Source: Macrostomum lignano
Lineage: Eukaryota
Length of the DNA: 64,000 nucleotides
Direction: 5' to 3'
Assembly (NCBI GenBank): GCA_002269645.1
Contig: NIVC01003215.1
Span: 46,614-110,613 of the forward strand
Shown: positions 1 through 13,541 of the stretch, one piece after another
Position numbering within the stretch: the first letter of the stretch is position 1
Layout: each line of letters opens with the position of its first letter
The notes under the pieces: generated by a model
What the model saw: only the letters and a program-made list of their open reading frames with translations
Told to the model about the DNA's origin: nothing
Databases searched by the model: none
Position numbers and translations under genes: made by a program

Positions 1-1241
1 CTCACAGGGTCCTTGGTTATTTTTAACAGCTTCCTCTCAGTGTGGTATTAGTTTGCGTTCACTTTCAGCTGATGGCGAGCGAACCGCACGCAGCTGGGAC
101 AGCTTCAATTCTTTATTGTGCACTCTGAGGACCTGGCGGCTCGCCCTCCTCGGCTTCTACTGGACCACGCAGTCCTCAGGGCCAGCTCTCACTCAGCCAT
201 TGGCAAACCAATCCGCCCTGCTGGGCTTGCGCTGAAAATGCAAACAATGCATCAATTAAATCGCTCTCGGACTCGCTTGCCTTGCTTCTGCCAATTTTTA
301 ACTTGGCATGGTTTTTTACGTTCTCTTCAACCTGCGAGTTTAGCTTATGTAAGCTTTCTCCACTCCTGACCCTTGGAGGCTCGCAACCAGCACTTTGCAC
401 ATGCTTGTATGGTACGTAGTTAAAGTGTGATATGAGATGCAGCTGCAAAACGAGCCCTACGAATATAAGGGGAGAGGGCAGTGATAGAGTCTAATTAGCG
501 GCAGCAGGTCCATCTAATTGAGATTCAAATTGATGAGATTGGTTGAGCTGGTGAAGGCTTGGTAGGAACGCGATATATTTAAATATAGAATTCGAGGGCC
601 TATATTGAACGAAATGCATCAAGTGTACATGTACTGCTTTATTTTTGATCTACAGCCAAATCGATCGCTTGAGTTTATCTAAGTGCCTTGAATATAAATT
701 CTGCAAGTACATTACATTTTTGTGGTCAGCCTAGCTACAAATGCATGTACATATCACATAAACACATAGCTCGGATCTGTCCATGGTACATGTTGTTCGA
801 TTGTATAACTACATGTACAGATATATTGCTCAATTTATAATTACTTATGAATCGGAATGAAACGAATGAAGGACGGAAATAACTCTTAGCGCAAGCTCGA
901 TCATAAAGATCAGCGGCAGTATACTAATTTTTCGATGCCTTTATTTTTCCAGTTTGATCCTGATTTCATCAGAAATCATCAGTTTTAAATGCCAAGGACT
1001 ACTCACGTTAATATAGTCCTTGGAAAAGGCCTTCATATGCTTATGATGAAATTGTAAAGCAGTGCGCTTTAAAAAACCTGTGTAAATATTACCATATTTA
1101 CTTTTGCTTAAAAATGTATGCTGTGTGACTAAGAGCTTCGTCAATGATTATGTTTCTTGCAATTTTTGTTAAATTTAGTACAAAAATCAAATGATTCAGC
1201 TGATGAAAGAAATACGCCGATGTTGATGATGATTATTATTA

Positions 1242-1903
1242 GGCAGTGCTTATCCCCACGGTACCGTAGGAATAATTTCTGTCTTATTCCAACGGTACCG
1301 TGGGGATAATTTTCTGCTTATCCGCACGGCACACTGACGAGATAGCTGCCTATCTTCTACATATGCCGTGGGTTCATAATTTAGTTTAGTACTTACGGTT
1401 TGAGTGCAATATAACAACATAACTTTGCTTGGCTATTATTTTGATAGAAGTAAAGATTTAATGGCCTTTTTACGCAAAAAAAACACTTTTTTGTATTTAT
1501 GACGTATGATTTAAGATGAATTGCTCTAGTAATTGTTTACAATTTAGGAACTTTTAGCAACTAGTCTAATCCCGACATCCCCGAAAAGTCCATTGCCGCT
1601 GCTTCTGTAGACTTCTTACTAGACATGTAAATTCTCAATTTGTTTGTATAGATTATTGCATTGCTTCAACAATTCACCCGTGCGGATAAGCAGAAAATTA
1701 TTCCCACGGCATATGTAGAAGATGGGGCAGCTATCTCGTCAATGTGCCGTGCGGATAAGCAGAAAATTATTCCCACGGCATATGTAGAAGATGGGGCAGC
1801 TATCTCGTCAATGTGCCGTGCGGATAAGCAGAAAATTATCCCCACGGTACCGTTGGAATAAGACAGAAATTATTCCTACGGTACCGTGGGGATAAGCACT
1901 GCC
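1242..1903. mobile_element. Non-autonomous MITE, PIF/Harbinger (Tourist)-like
   Basis: Long TIRs start GGCAGTGCTTATCCCCACGGTAC (1242) and end GTACCGTGGGGATAAGCACTGCC (1903); the inverted match runs about 130 bp. TTA flanks both sides (1239-1241, 1904-1906). No coding capacity. A 3-bp TTA TSD with GG termini is typical of Harbinger. Confidence 0.8.
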
Positions 1904-2913
1904 TTATTATTATTATAGTTATGATGGAGACAGACGGACAAAGAATTGAAGAAGCCACGATCATGTGCATTTGTCTTTGCACTACTAACTAGGCCCCTAT
2001 ATTGTCTACACGGTTAGATAGTTACAAATGAATAAAATAGGGTGCAAACCATGGCATGAATTTGGCTTTAGCTTCAAGTTTAAGTTCAAATCTTGACTTC
2101 ATCATACTCGTAATCGTAAGACTAGACTAGAGGGTAAAGATCCCAAAAAGGATAAAGCATAAAAGGATGATTCCATAGGCCTATTTTGCTAAAAAATTTT
2201 TAGTCCTTTTCATTTTTAGGTTTCTGCCAAAGGGGGCATGCAGGCAATAAAGGTTACTAGGCCTAGGCCTAGGCTAGGCCTAGTAGGCCTAATTTGGTAA
2301 AAAAAAGGTCATTTTGATAATAGAAATTTTAGCATGATAGTAATAGTATGTCTAGTTTAAAGCAGGGAATCAATAGCAATAGGCCTACAACTTAAAAGTG
2401 GGTAATCTAGTTTTAAATAGAAAATTTAAGTGAAAGGGTCAAAATCAATTGGCTTACTGGCTAGGCCTACCAGAGCATCTACAAATTTGTACACAAAAAT
2501 TATATAGCTGATTAAATCCTGTTGTCTGTTGATAAGGGTGCTGGACACAAATGAGGCAGAATATGGCCTAGCCAAATATGCTATGTTATTATGTAGTAGG
2601 CTAAAGTGTAAATTTTGGCATAGCATTTTCTCAGTGATTGAAATTAAAAGTTATGCAATAGCATAACATATCTATTGCATCAAATGAATGGAGTTGATGC
2701 AAGTGTTAGGAAACTAAGGAGAGGTGTGGCTTTAACTATTTGTTGATAATATAGTTAAGTAGCATGTGTCATCCTTCTGGCTTTTTTCAATAAGAAGGAG
2801 AGATATGACCCTAGCCTAACTGGTGAACTATCATTCTAGTCTGACTTATATATAATAGGCCTAGGATTGATATAGATCTAGATAGGCCTATTTAGTCTAG
2901 CTAACAAATATAT

Positions 2914-3599
2914 AGGCATTCTTTCGTCTTATGATGCCTACTATGCATTTCAATGAGACGGCCCCTATTTGTTTTATAATGCCCATAGAAAGCATATGGC
3001 GTAGGCATGATGGTGTAGTTTCTGTATAATTTTCATTTTATAGCTATATATGTATTTTGTATTTGTATACTTGATGGATTGTTGTTCGTTAATGAAAGTC
3101 AAGCTATATATTCCATTTCGTTTTACAATGCCGCAAGTGTTAGAATTGTACATTGGGCATCGTAAGACAAAAGTGAGGGGGGGGGTTACTTCGGGTCCTT
3201 AAATTGGTTTACTACTTCTTCAGCCATGGCTACAAAGCGCCCACTAGGATCATTCTTATAATTGCCCACCAGGCCTATAATATCCATTTCGTTTTACAAT
3301 GCCCCAGATGTTGTAATTATTCATAAGGCATCATAAAATGAAACGGATTATAATGGCTCGATAGCTTCAGTTGCTAATGAGGGCAGACATAACACAATGT
3401 TAAAGCGCATGAGTCGTGACATTTCCATGGAAATATAGTCAGAAGTACAAACCAACTGTGTGACTCAATTTAAGACCTCTGAAACACTATACTCTTACGT
3501 CGTAAAGTATACATTTTTAAAGCCTTCTTGCTTATTTAACATGGGCATCATAAGACAAAACAGATATAATTTTGGGCATTGTAAGACGAAAGAATGCTG
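2914..3599. mobile_element. Degenerate MITE with TA-rich flanks (Tc1/mariner-like)
   Basis: GGCATTCTTTCGTCTTATGATGCC (about 2915-2938) is an imperfect inverted match to GGCATTGTAAGACGAAAGAATGC (about 3574-3597). The motif recurs internally in both orientations (about 3111, 3156, 3283, 3327, 3544). Flanks are TATATA. Confidence 0.55.
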
Positions 3600-5366
3600 A
3601 TATATATTAATATAGTATTATGTAGGCCTAATATTGATGAACATTATATACATTTACAATAATATCATTTTGGATGGTAGTGAGGTGGAGCAGAGAAAAG
3701 GATTGGGTTCTTCTAGTTTTTTGGATAGAGGTTTCTTAACTTTTGAAATGCCACCTTTGTTATCTTGGCACTCACAAAGCTGGAAAAATTTCACAGGATG
3801 ATTCAAGCACTTTTTTTCTTTGTTACTCTGACTGCCAGGTTCTCAAGTCTGGGGGAAGGGTAGTTGTAATTGCAGTAGAGCAGTCATTAGAGCAGCACGG
3901 TCATTCAGATGGTATAGACACCGGAGATTATGACACTGTAGAATGTAGATGTCGAAATGCTAAGGCTGAGCTGATTACTCTTAGTAGGGTAGAGCTACCA
4001 CCACCATAATTTACATATTATGGAATGTTATAGTCTCAAACTTTCTTTGAGTTGAAGACCTTGGTTATTTGCCCCACAGGCAAATGACTTAAGATAGACT
4101 AGTGTGACTTTAGTTAATTGAAGAAGAAAACTTAAACAGAAATTAATATTTTATTTAATTTTGTTGGCAAGTTTAATAATGTCAAAACTAATAGTTATTT
4201 AGGCGACAAAGAATGAATTATGTGAGTTAATGGCTGATCTAGTATGCCAGGATGCTAAGCTAATTTGACTTAAAGAGCAATAAACTTAAAGACCAATACC
4301 AAACAAAATTAACCAAGGGGTTGAGAAAAGAGAAAGAAAGTTAAAGTGAGCATATCAAATTCTCAGTAATTAAATAAGTTAGAAAAGGCATTAGGACATT
4401 AGTTGGAATACGCAAGTCCAAAATTGGGGCCAAAGCCGGAAGCCACCAATGGCATATCCAAAGGGCGAAGCAGAAAATTAAACAAAAATTAAGCAAAAGT
4501 TATTAGAGCATGGGGGTGGGGCAACAATCGGACCATAGACAGAAAAAGGCAGACCACATGAGGGCGCAACAATGGGACCAACCCAAGGGGCAAGCCTGGG
4601 AAAGGGAGATGGTGGAAAACTCCTCAAAATTATTCACACCTCATGGTAGACAGAATGGACCAAGCCTGGGGGACAAAAAAAACAGTGGTAGCCCCACCTA
4701 CCACAGTTGGAAAGGCAAAAATGTTTATAGTAATTTGTAGATATCTACCTATGCAAAATATCTAATCATTATTTGTATATATTAATTTTGACATTTTGTT
4801 TGTTTGCCCATCCTTCTTTGTTTGCTATCTCTTCTAAGAATGTCAGTAAGTCATTCCTTTAAGATATCTTCTTCAATGAAGGAGTTCAGCTTATACCATG
4901 TATATACTTTATGTTACCTTGCCCCATCTACATGTTATTACTCTTATCCATGTAGAGCTCTCACTTACTTCATAGTTATATATACTTTCTTGGTCTTGTC
5001 AGCATTATATCTAGCAGTGATATTGTCTATTGGCAGAGATCAATTATTAAAAGGGAAAAGTGTTCATTTTCTAGCCTTGTGCCAAACACTACCAAACTGG
5101 AAATGTAGAAAAATGAGTAAAAGAATTTGTTTACTTCCTTATGAAAAGATGAGGTCTCATTTTGCTAGCAAAATATTAGCAACATTTTACTAGAAAAATA
5201 GTAGCAGAATGTTACTATTATTCAGTAGCAAAATGTTAGCAAATTTATCTTACAATTCATGACTATTTTGCCAGGGTTTAGTTACCTTTTAATTTCTTTA
5301 AAATTTCATTTTTATTGATTTCATTTGCATGGAAAGCAATTTTTAATACAATAGTATTGTTTATAT

Positions 5367-5731
5367 TAGAGGTCGGACAAGCAGAAAATTTTGGTTGGGC
5401 GTGAAATTTTGTGAAATTTTCAAAGTCGGGTGTGATCATGATCGTGATCGTGAATTTATATTTGCATATATGTATTTTGAGCTTGTAAGTTACAAGTGTT
5501 GAAAATAGCAAAACAAGAAAAGAAATATTTATAAATTGATAATAGCTACTCGGTAATACTGTCAAGTCAACAAATTTAAAATTTATTACTCTTTTACACA
5601 TTTGTATTCACATATTTTGGTAAACCAAGTAGAAAAGTTATACTTCTAATAAAAATGTAATAAAGCGGAAATTCACAACTGTCGTGAACGGGTTTCAAGG
5701 AAATCATGATCGTGATCATGTCCGACCCCTA
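5367..5731. mobile_element. hAT-family MITE
   Basis: Termini TAGAGGTCGGACA...TGTCCGACCCCTA (12/13 inverted match) with a perfect 8-bp TSD GTTTATAT at 5359-5366 and 5732-5739. An 8-bp TSD with TAG start is typical of hAT. Confidence 0.85.
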
Positions 5732-8700
5732 GTTTATATTGTATTTTCCCTTTCACAAGAATTTAAACCTCTATACCCTTTTTCAGCCAAAAAAAGCTTT
5801 AAGGAACAAAAAACTGCTCTTACATTTTTAAATATTAGATTTGTCAATGTTGTGAGAAAATTAATCTATTAATATGCCAACTTATATATTATATACAAGT
5901 TAAAAAAACAAAAAAGAAAAACTATTGTGCAAAAAATCCATGAATGAAAACTTATAAATGTCATAAAACTTCATACAATTCTTCATATTTTATTAATTAT
6001 TATTTTTGGATGTTCTTGTCCTTAGCTTTTTTAGTAAACTGATCTTGTTATCATTTGATATAATGGCTACACTAGGAAGCCTGACCAGGAGATCAGCCAA
6101 AGGGACCATCTTTTACTAGTATTGCCTTTATTCTTCATCAACTTCAGATGTTTTTTATGATTTTTCTTTGCTTTCAGTTGTCTTTGGTATTGAATGGCAA
6201 ATTGCCTCTAAAATTATATAGGTAAATTCCCTATTGGAATAAGTTTCAAAAACCCATGGGCATGCAACATGGGTGCAAAAATTGTGCCCTAAAAAGTGTG
6301 ATGCAACACCAAATTTTGTTGACAGGGGGGAGGGCAATGCAGCAATATGACATCAATGCAACTGAATGACCAGGGGTAGGGTGGGGGGGGGAGAACGCCA
6401 TAGCAGCCACGTTGCATGTTGCCCAACTAGTCGTCCTAGCCCCAAGACCATGGGGCAAGGGACAAGAGTATTCCTTTCAATTTTGTGGAAAAAGAAATGA
6501 AATTTAAAAACAATAAAAAGTAAAACAACTTTAAAAATACATTAAAAAATCATGTCATTAAATTAGTTTATAAAAAACATGAAAATAGATCAAAGTTTTT
6601 TGGCTTATAAAATCTAATAATGAGCTTTTTTAATTATGCCTATTTATCTTTTTATCTGATTGTTGTAAAAATGCAATATAGCCTAAAAACTATAGCAGGC
6701 CTAAGCTAGGCTAAACATTAAAATCTATCAAAATGAATGATGTATCTATGTAAAAAATGGAAGTTATTTAAGGAATCAAATCTAAGGTCCAATGGTAATA
6801 AAAAAGATCTTATAAGATTTTTAAACTTCCAAAAAAATCTAAGCAAAATTTTTACTTTTAAAAAGCTTAAGTCTGTTTAAGAAATCAGTAGCAGCAATAG
6901 CATTATAGTCACAGAGCTAGGCCTATATAATCTATTGTTATTTTCTTCCAGCTTTTTAAAGTCAGTCTGAGATTGAGAAGAAGAAATAAAAATTTTAGAT
7001 AAAAAATCTAGGAATCTAGTAATATCTGGAATTGAGAATAACTATGTTGATTATTATCAACTAATAAATTAAATGTTCTAAACATTAAAAGTTATAATAA
7101 ACATTCAAGTTGTTAATCTCAGAAATTCAATGACCCATCTTACAAAGTAGACTTAGTAGAGCAGTGTCATATTAAAAAAAGACATTTTTTAATTTATAAC
7201 AATGCTTTTTAGCTTAGTAAACTTTCTATAACATAAAGAAAAATTATTTCTAAAAATACAATAAATAGTAGAAACTAAATTAAAAATATAAATACAACTA
7301 CAATAATTCACATAAATTATTTGTTTTTTTATAATTAACTATGTAAGCCATTCATTTCTTTGTCGCTATAATTGCTCTAAAACATATATTTAGCATAAAT
7401 TTACTTTTAAGAGATCTTTACTCTTTTTTTAAAGTAATAAAAAGCCACAAACAATGTTATAAGAGGCAGCCAACATGGACTATTAATTGGTAGCAAATTG
7501 TGGCAAAATTGTTGCCAAAGGAAAAGCTATTAAAAGTTTTGAGATTTGTACTACACTTATGTTTGGTGGTTTTTAGGCATTTTATACTAGGTGTTCCTGG
7601 TAATTTTAAGCACATTTTCCATTTTTCTATGTCTACATTACCAACCAAGCATTTCTCTAGCATTTTGCCAGCTCATTTTTCACAGGGTTATTAAGTAAAG
7701 ATTATGTACTCATTTTTGCAATTTTTTGTAGCAGTTCTAATGACAAAACTTCAAGAAACAAAATTAAATGAGGTGGAATAAAATTCCACAAATAAAAAAC
7801 ATACAAGTAACTTTGATTGTAGTCTTTTTTAATATATCTGTCAATTTCATTTGACCACTGCTGAGAAGGATGTCTGCCTCATTGTTCATTAGACTAATGG
7901 TGCAACTACTGGTCATTAGTTGATGCTAGCAATGCAATTAATATGTGTAATACCTGAAGTATAAGTAAATTAAATTAGCTTTGCAAGACTTCAAGATTGT
8001 AATTTAATACTTCAATAAGCTGCCATGAGGATAAGCTGAACACATCTGTGTGAATAAAATTGGAATTATCACCATGGGACATGGGGATAAGCACTTCCTT
8101 TAGCATAAAGGTTTGGTATAGATTATAGGCCTAGTGAAATGGTATATGGTAAAAGAGGGATAGGTAGTGATGATAAGATTGGATGGTGAGTTTGAATGAT
8201 CTTAAAACATTTAATCTTGATTAAATAAATTATACAAAGTATATAAAGCTTAGTTATTTTTAAATGAACAATAAAAATGTAAACAAATAATTGTATAAAC
8301 TATTTATATAACACTAATATTTGTGTAAAAGTGTATGATATATAATGTACAATATGCTAGCAGAATGTTTATTTAAAAGCAACTATAGCTATTGCCTACC
8401 ACACTCCAAATCATAAAGTATATGCCTGAAAATTTTGGTGTGTTTAAAGTTAAACACACAAAAGTTAAATGTGCATAATTGGCATGCATTATTCCTAAGA
8501 AAGTAATATGCATGCATACCTAGCATGCACTATCTAAAATCAAACAGAAAAGTTAGTACAGTTTGAACAATGAACAATGAAAAGTTTTTTAAGCATAAAG
8601 CTTTCCAGTTTTTTAGTTTGTAATAAAGCATTTAAACAGTTTTTGTGTATATGCTACAAGTATTATAAGCAAAAAAAAGAAAAAATCTACCATTAAAGGT

Positions 8701-9124
8701 CATTTATTGTTGCAACACTAGCCTACATTTAGGACTATAGGCATGCACTCAAAGAAGTATATTAGAGACCCTAACTTTATGACCTTTCAGAGCAAAGTTT
8801 TTTCAGGTAGCTAGATGCAATTTCTAAACTGTATCAAAATTATGAAATGCTAATTAAAGAAAGAATTCCTATCTAAAACAACCAAGAGCCAAATTTCTTG
8901 TAGTGTAGCCTAGATGGACTCTAGCTTTCACTCATAGTTCATCAAAACATGAAAGCGTAGACCTCAGTTTTATACAGCCAACATAGATAGCTAGTCTGTT
9001 AGAGGCAGTCTTGACGCATTAATGTAGAAAAGGTATTGTGCAAATTAGTAGTAAATAAGTGTATTAATTTGTGTTCTCTAATTTTCTGCCTCGGAAGCCG
9101 GAGTGCGCGGCGCATCACTCCCAG

Positions 9125-11207
9125 ATGGACACTGACGCCCCCGCTGCCTCCGCCACCGCCGCCGCCGACTCCAGCTCCGCCCCGACGATGGATAGCGGCC
9201 TGTTTGCCGACTCCGGCATCGGCGCAACCGAGATGGAAAACGAAATTTCCTCCGCTAGCAGCGCCACGCCTGGGTCGCTTTGCTTCCGCGACATGATGAG
9301 CCGGCTGCCTCCGGTGCACAGGCAGGGACTCAAGCGGCTGATCGGGTATGCTCAGAGGCAGAAGAATCCGCGCTTAATTGGCACCCGGATAGCCGTAGAG
9401 CAGGTGGACTTCCTGGCTGAGCTGGACGACTACGACCGCTCCGGATTCCTGCTGGACTGCCTGTTCAAACGGGCCGGCTTTGATGCGGCCACCTGCGCCC
9501 TAATGCGCCTCGTCAGCTCCCGATGGCGTCAGCTAGTTGATAGGTCTGTCTGTTGTAAATGGGCTTTTTGTTGCTTGATGCTATTTACTGACGCCACTAT
9601 ATTCCCGATTGTCGCCTCTATATTCCCGATTGGCGCCTCTATATTCCCGATTGGCGCCTCTATATTCCCGATTGGCGCCTCTATATTCCCGATTGGCGCC
9701 TCTAGATTCCCAATTGGCGCCTCTATATTCCCGATTGGCGCCTCTATATTCCCGATTGGTGTCTAGATGTCCTTATAGTGGTGCCTGGACTATCCTATAG
9801 TGATGCCTGGACTATCCTATAGTGATGCCTGGACTATCCTATAGTGATGCCTGGACTATCCTATAGTGATGCCTGGACTATCCCATAGTGATGCCTGGAC
9901 TATCCTATAGTGATGCCTGGACTATCCTATAGTGATGCCTGGACTATCCTATAGTGATGCCTGGACTATCCTATAGTGATGCCTGGTCTATCCTATAGTG
10001 ATGCCTGGACTATCCCATAGTGGTGCCTGGATATCCCATAGTGGTGCCTGGGTTTCCCATAGTGGTGCCTGGATATCCCATAGTAGTGCCTGGATATCCC
10101 ATAGTGGTGCCTGGATATCCCATAGTAGTGCCTGGATTTCCCATAGTGGTGCCTGGGTTTCCCATAGTGGTGCCTGGATATCCCATAGTGGTGCCTGGAT
10201 ATCCCATAGTGGTGCCTGGATATCCCATAGTAGTGCCTGGATTTCCCATAGTGGTGCCTGGGTTTCCCATAGTGGTGCCTGGATATCCCATAGTGGTGCC
10301 TGGATATCCCATAGTGGTGCCTGGATATCCCATAGTGGTGCCTGGATATCCCATAGTGGTGCCTGGATATCCCATAGTGGTGCCTGGATGCTGCACAATA
10401 GCATCTTGGCAATCCAAAGTGGCGGCTCCGAACCTTTTCTTGAACGTCGAATTCTCTTTTGAACTAAATTACTTTTTCTCTCCACTCCCTAGATTCGGCA
10501 CCCGTGGTGGCCCGGCCAGAAACGACGTCGGGGCTGGTGGCAGAGCCGACAAAGACACGACTAGCCGTCGCCATCATCGCCGTCGGCGTCGGAAACATCG
10601 CCGAGCCACGCTGGACAGCTCGTCGACGTCTTCTATAGAAAATCGCAGCCTAAACGAAAGCGGCGCCGGCGCCAGCCGTCGGAGCAGCTTGTCGGCCGCT
10701 TCAACTGTCGTTCCTAGCGCCGGCGGGACCTTCGGTGACGCGCAGTTATCGGCGGCGGTTGCCATGGAGACGTCGCCGGCGCCATCGACATCCAGTCCGG
10801 CTTGGCCCAGCCAGCCGCCGCGGCGTGCTTTGAGGATGGCACCGCCAGTCGCCGTGGTTGACAGTTTTCAGGCCGACGCCGGCGAAGCCGCTAGCGTCGG
10901 TGGCAGCAGCGGCGGCGGCGGCGGCCGCTTGTTCGACGCATTCGTTGAAGAAAGCAAGCGGCTGGTGAACAATCAGGGCCTGCGCCCGTGTCCGCGCTGC
11001 CGCTGGCCGGCCAGAGTCGATCCGGACACCCGCATCGGGCGTTGCACCCGGCCGGAGACCGAGTGCGGCTTTGCCTTCTGCCTGAACTGCCTGACCGACG
11101 GGCACCTGTACCGCCACTGCCCGTTCCTGCTGCAAACCAGCCCAGTAAAGCCGCCTCCGCCGCCGAAGCAGCGGCTTAGCTTGAAAAAGCGGCTGCATCG
11201 GCTTTGA
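9125..11207 (+). CDS. FBXO5: Emi1/Emi2/Rca1-family F-box APC/C inhibitor; 2 exons (9125-9543, 10493-11207), about 377 aa
   Basis: N-terminal DSG degron-like motifs; F-box-like VDFLAEL...LDCLF...MRLVSSRWRQLVD; D-box-like RRAL; zinc-binding region CPRCRWPA...CTRPETECGFAFCLNC...H...C; diagnostic C-terminal RL tail (LKKRLHRL*). The phase-2 GT/AG join keeps frame. Confidence 0.88.
9592..9760. repeat. 21-bp minisatellite (TATTCCCGATTGGCGCCTCTA)n in Emi1 intron
   Basis: About 8 tandem units read directly. Confidence 0.95.
9765..10388. repeat. 21-bp minisatellite (ATCCCATAGTGGTGCCTGGAT)n in Emi1 intron
   Basis: About 29 units. Explains the 7-aa periodic ORFs at 9988-10485. The unit resembles the adjacent 21-mer. 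Confidence 0.95.
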
Positions 11208-13541
11208 ATGGTTTGGCTTAGTAGATTGTACGGTTAACTAGTCGCTGCTAAAATAATTATCAGACTGTGCTTTTATTGATTTTATGCAAGAAGGCTGAAA
11301 TTCTTTACATTTCCTGTCCATTCATGATTTCTTTTCCGTTTGGAAGGACTGTTCTCATGCTCAGAGCAGAGCTCAATGGTGAGAACTGTTCTCATGCTTA
11401 ATTTTTTTAGGACAAGCATTCGGCCTATCAAATTTACCCTACATAAGCTAAGCTTCATCAATGACCTATATTGCCAAAAATTCGTGTCATAAATCACAAA
11501 TGCCAAGTCAAACAGCTGTCAAGTTGTATTTTTAGTTGGCCTGTCCGCCAGTGCTTTTCCACTGTGCTGTTTATTTTTTTAGCAACTTTTCTTTAATTAG
11601 TTTTTTAGCTTCTTATTGTGAAAAGCATTTTCAATTTGCAAGGCATTAGGCACTGTTGCGTCCGAAACTGTCTATAATTCTATATCATTTTTGTATTTCG
11701 GAAACTTCCCAAGGTAATCATATTTTTCTATTGCAATTTTTATCTTAATCCCTGACGCCTGATTTATTGCTTGTACTTTTGTACTGACTGCTCATCTTCA
11801 CTTGTCAGCAGCTATTGACAATTTCAGTGTGTATTGATTCACGATTCTCCTACACCGAAACCAATCATCTTCATTATACCTGCCCTGTCGATATTATTTT
11901 CGCTTTGGCTAAGCCTGTCTCATCTATCAATAATCAATTCAATGTGAGCAGCTACATTTTATTTTCTCTGTCCCCGATCTGCTTATTTTTCACGTTTTTA
12001 TAAACACTAAAACAAATCGGACCTTATTATTCAATCAATTAATCTGCTACAAATAATTTGTCGTCTCCATTTTTTTATTATAATAATAATAGGATTATTA
12101 ATTTGGGTGTGGTGTCAAAACTGGTGAGTAGTCAGTAAGGAAAATGGTTAGCTAATTAATTCCACTCGGGTTGGCACAAAGCCGATATTCATACCAAGGA
12201 AGCGTGTCAAACAATTCATTGGAATCTTATACTTTGTTAGAAATATTATTTTCTGCAACAAATTATAGTGAAGCCACAAGAAATTTATCAATTCCTGCGA
12301 CTGCATCTCTCTTCCGTGGAAAGCAAAGCAGAGGGCGTAGCCAAACCACTCCCAAGTGCGGTAATAGACACTGTAAAAGTACGGCGTTACTATATATAAA
12401 CACCATTATTATTGATATGATAGTGGGTTGGTTTCGATGCAGTTTTACAATTACGCTACTGTTAGTAGTTTCAGCTCGGGAAAATGTTAAAAGTTTGTTT
12501 AGATAATAGAAATAATTATATTTTTCGGGCTTGTACAAATTTAGACGTGAGGCCGTGGTTTTGTCTCGCATAGAGACGCCTAACCGCAGTCACTTCTGTG
12601 AAACTTGTCTCTGCCTGGCTGAAAGCTTGTAATGAGTGAGTAGGCTGGGTTGGAGGGTAATAGTGGATCGGGAGGGGCTGTGGGTAGCTGTATAGGAAGG
12701 CAGGCCTATACCTGTACCAAGGTGCTCTGACGGTATCCCTCAGGCGCCCTCTGAGCGTACAGCCAGCGACCCTATTAAAGCTGGAGTGTGCCAAAACCAG
12801 GACTGAGTCTGAGCAGGACGGGGCCGTTGGCACGGCCACTATAAAAATGGCGGGTTGGCGAAGCAAAGGGTGAAATAGTCCCGGCGAATAGCCCTCCTGC
12901 CGCTTCAAAGATAAGAGACTGTCTGGCAAGAATACCCAGTGTTTAGTGGGGGGGGGAAGGCTCCTTCGGGTTGCCACGGCCGTGGGAGGGTCTTTATGAC
13001 CGTTTTTGGCACTACTAACTCCGGAGAAGGCACGGGCTTCCCTGATTGGTTCACTTAACCCTCGCTGGTCCCGGGGAGGTTTAGTATTGTGTCTGGAGTA
13101 GGTGTGACGCCCCGACAGCTAGGGGTAGGGCCCGCCCTCAGCCCGACTGATGTCGCCTGCTCGGTTTGATTGGTCACAGTCTCCTATAGCCTAATTTAGA
13201 AGCCTAGTGTACCTGAGTACACTCCCAACCTGGAAACTAATTTATGTTAGTGGCGTAAGAGCCTATTCATTTGGCTTAGGCGCCGATTTTACTTATTTTA
13301 GTTAGTTACGTGAGCTTATGGGGGATAGGAGGTAGATATTGCCAATTACAGGTGTGCAAAGATAGTCCTATTGCTTATAATACACGGGATCTTCTCATGC
13401 TTTGCTAATTTCTTCTCTATAATATTAGTAGACTAGTAGCCAAGTCACTGATCAGTCTCGACTTCTTATACATAAAAATCAATAATTGATCAATTGCAGG
13501 CCCCAGTGGCACTCTGTTGACCCCTCCGGCCATCAGTAGGC

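Noticed and set aside
3740-4740. Possible decayed retrotransposon gag/pol
   Set aside because: No recognisable motif in any frame.
12540-13260. GC-rich island that might be a solo LTR
   Set aside because: A TATA-like motif and a short TGTGAC..GTCACA pair are present, but I could not fix the boundaries, a TSD or a PBS.
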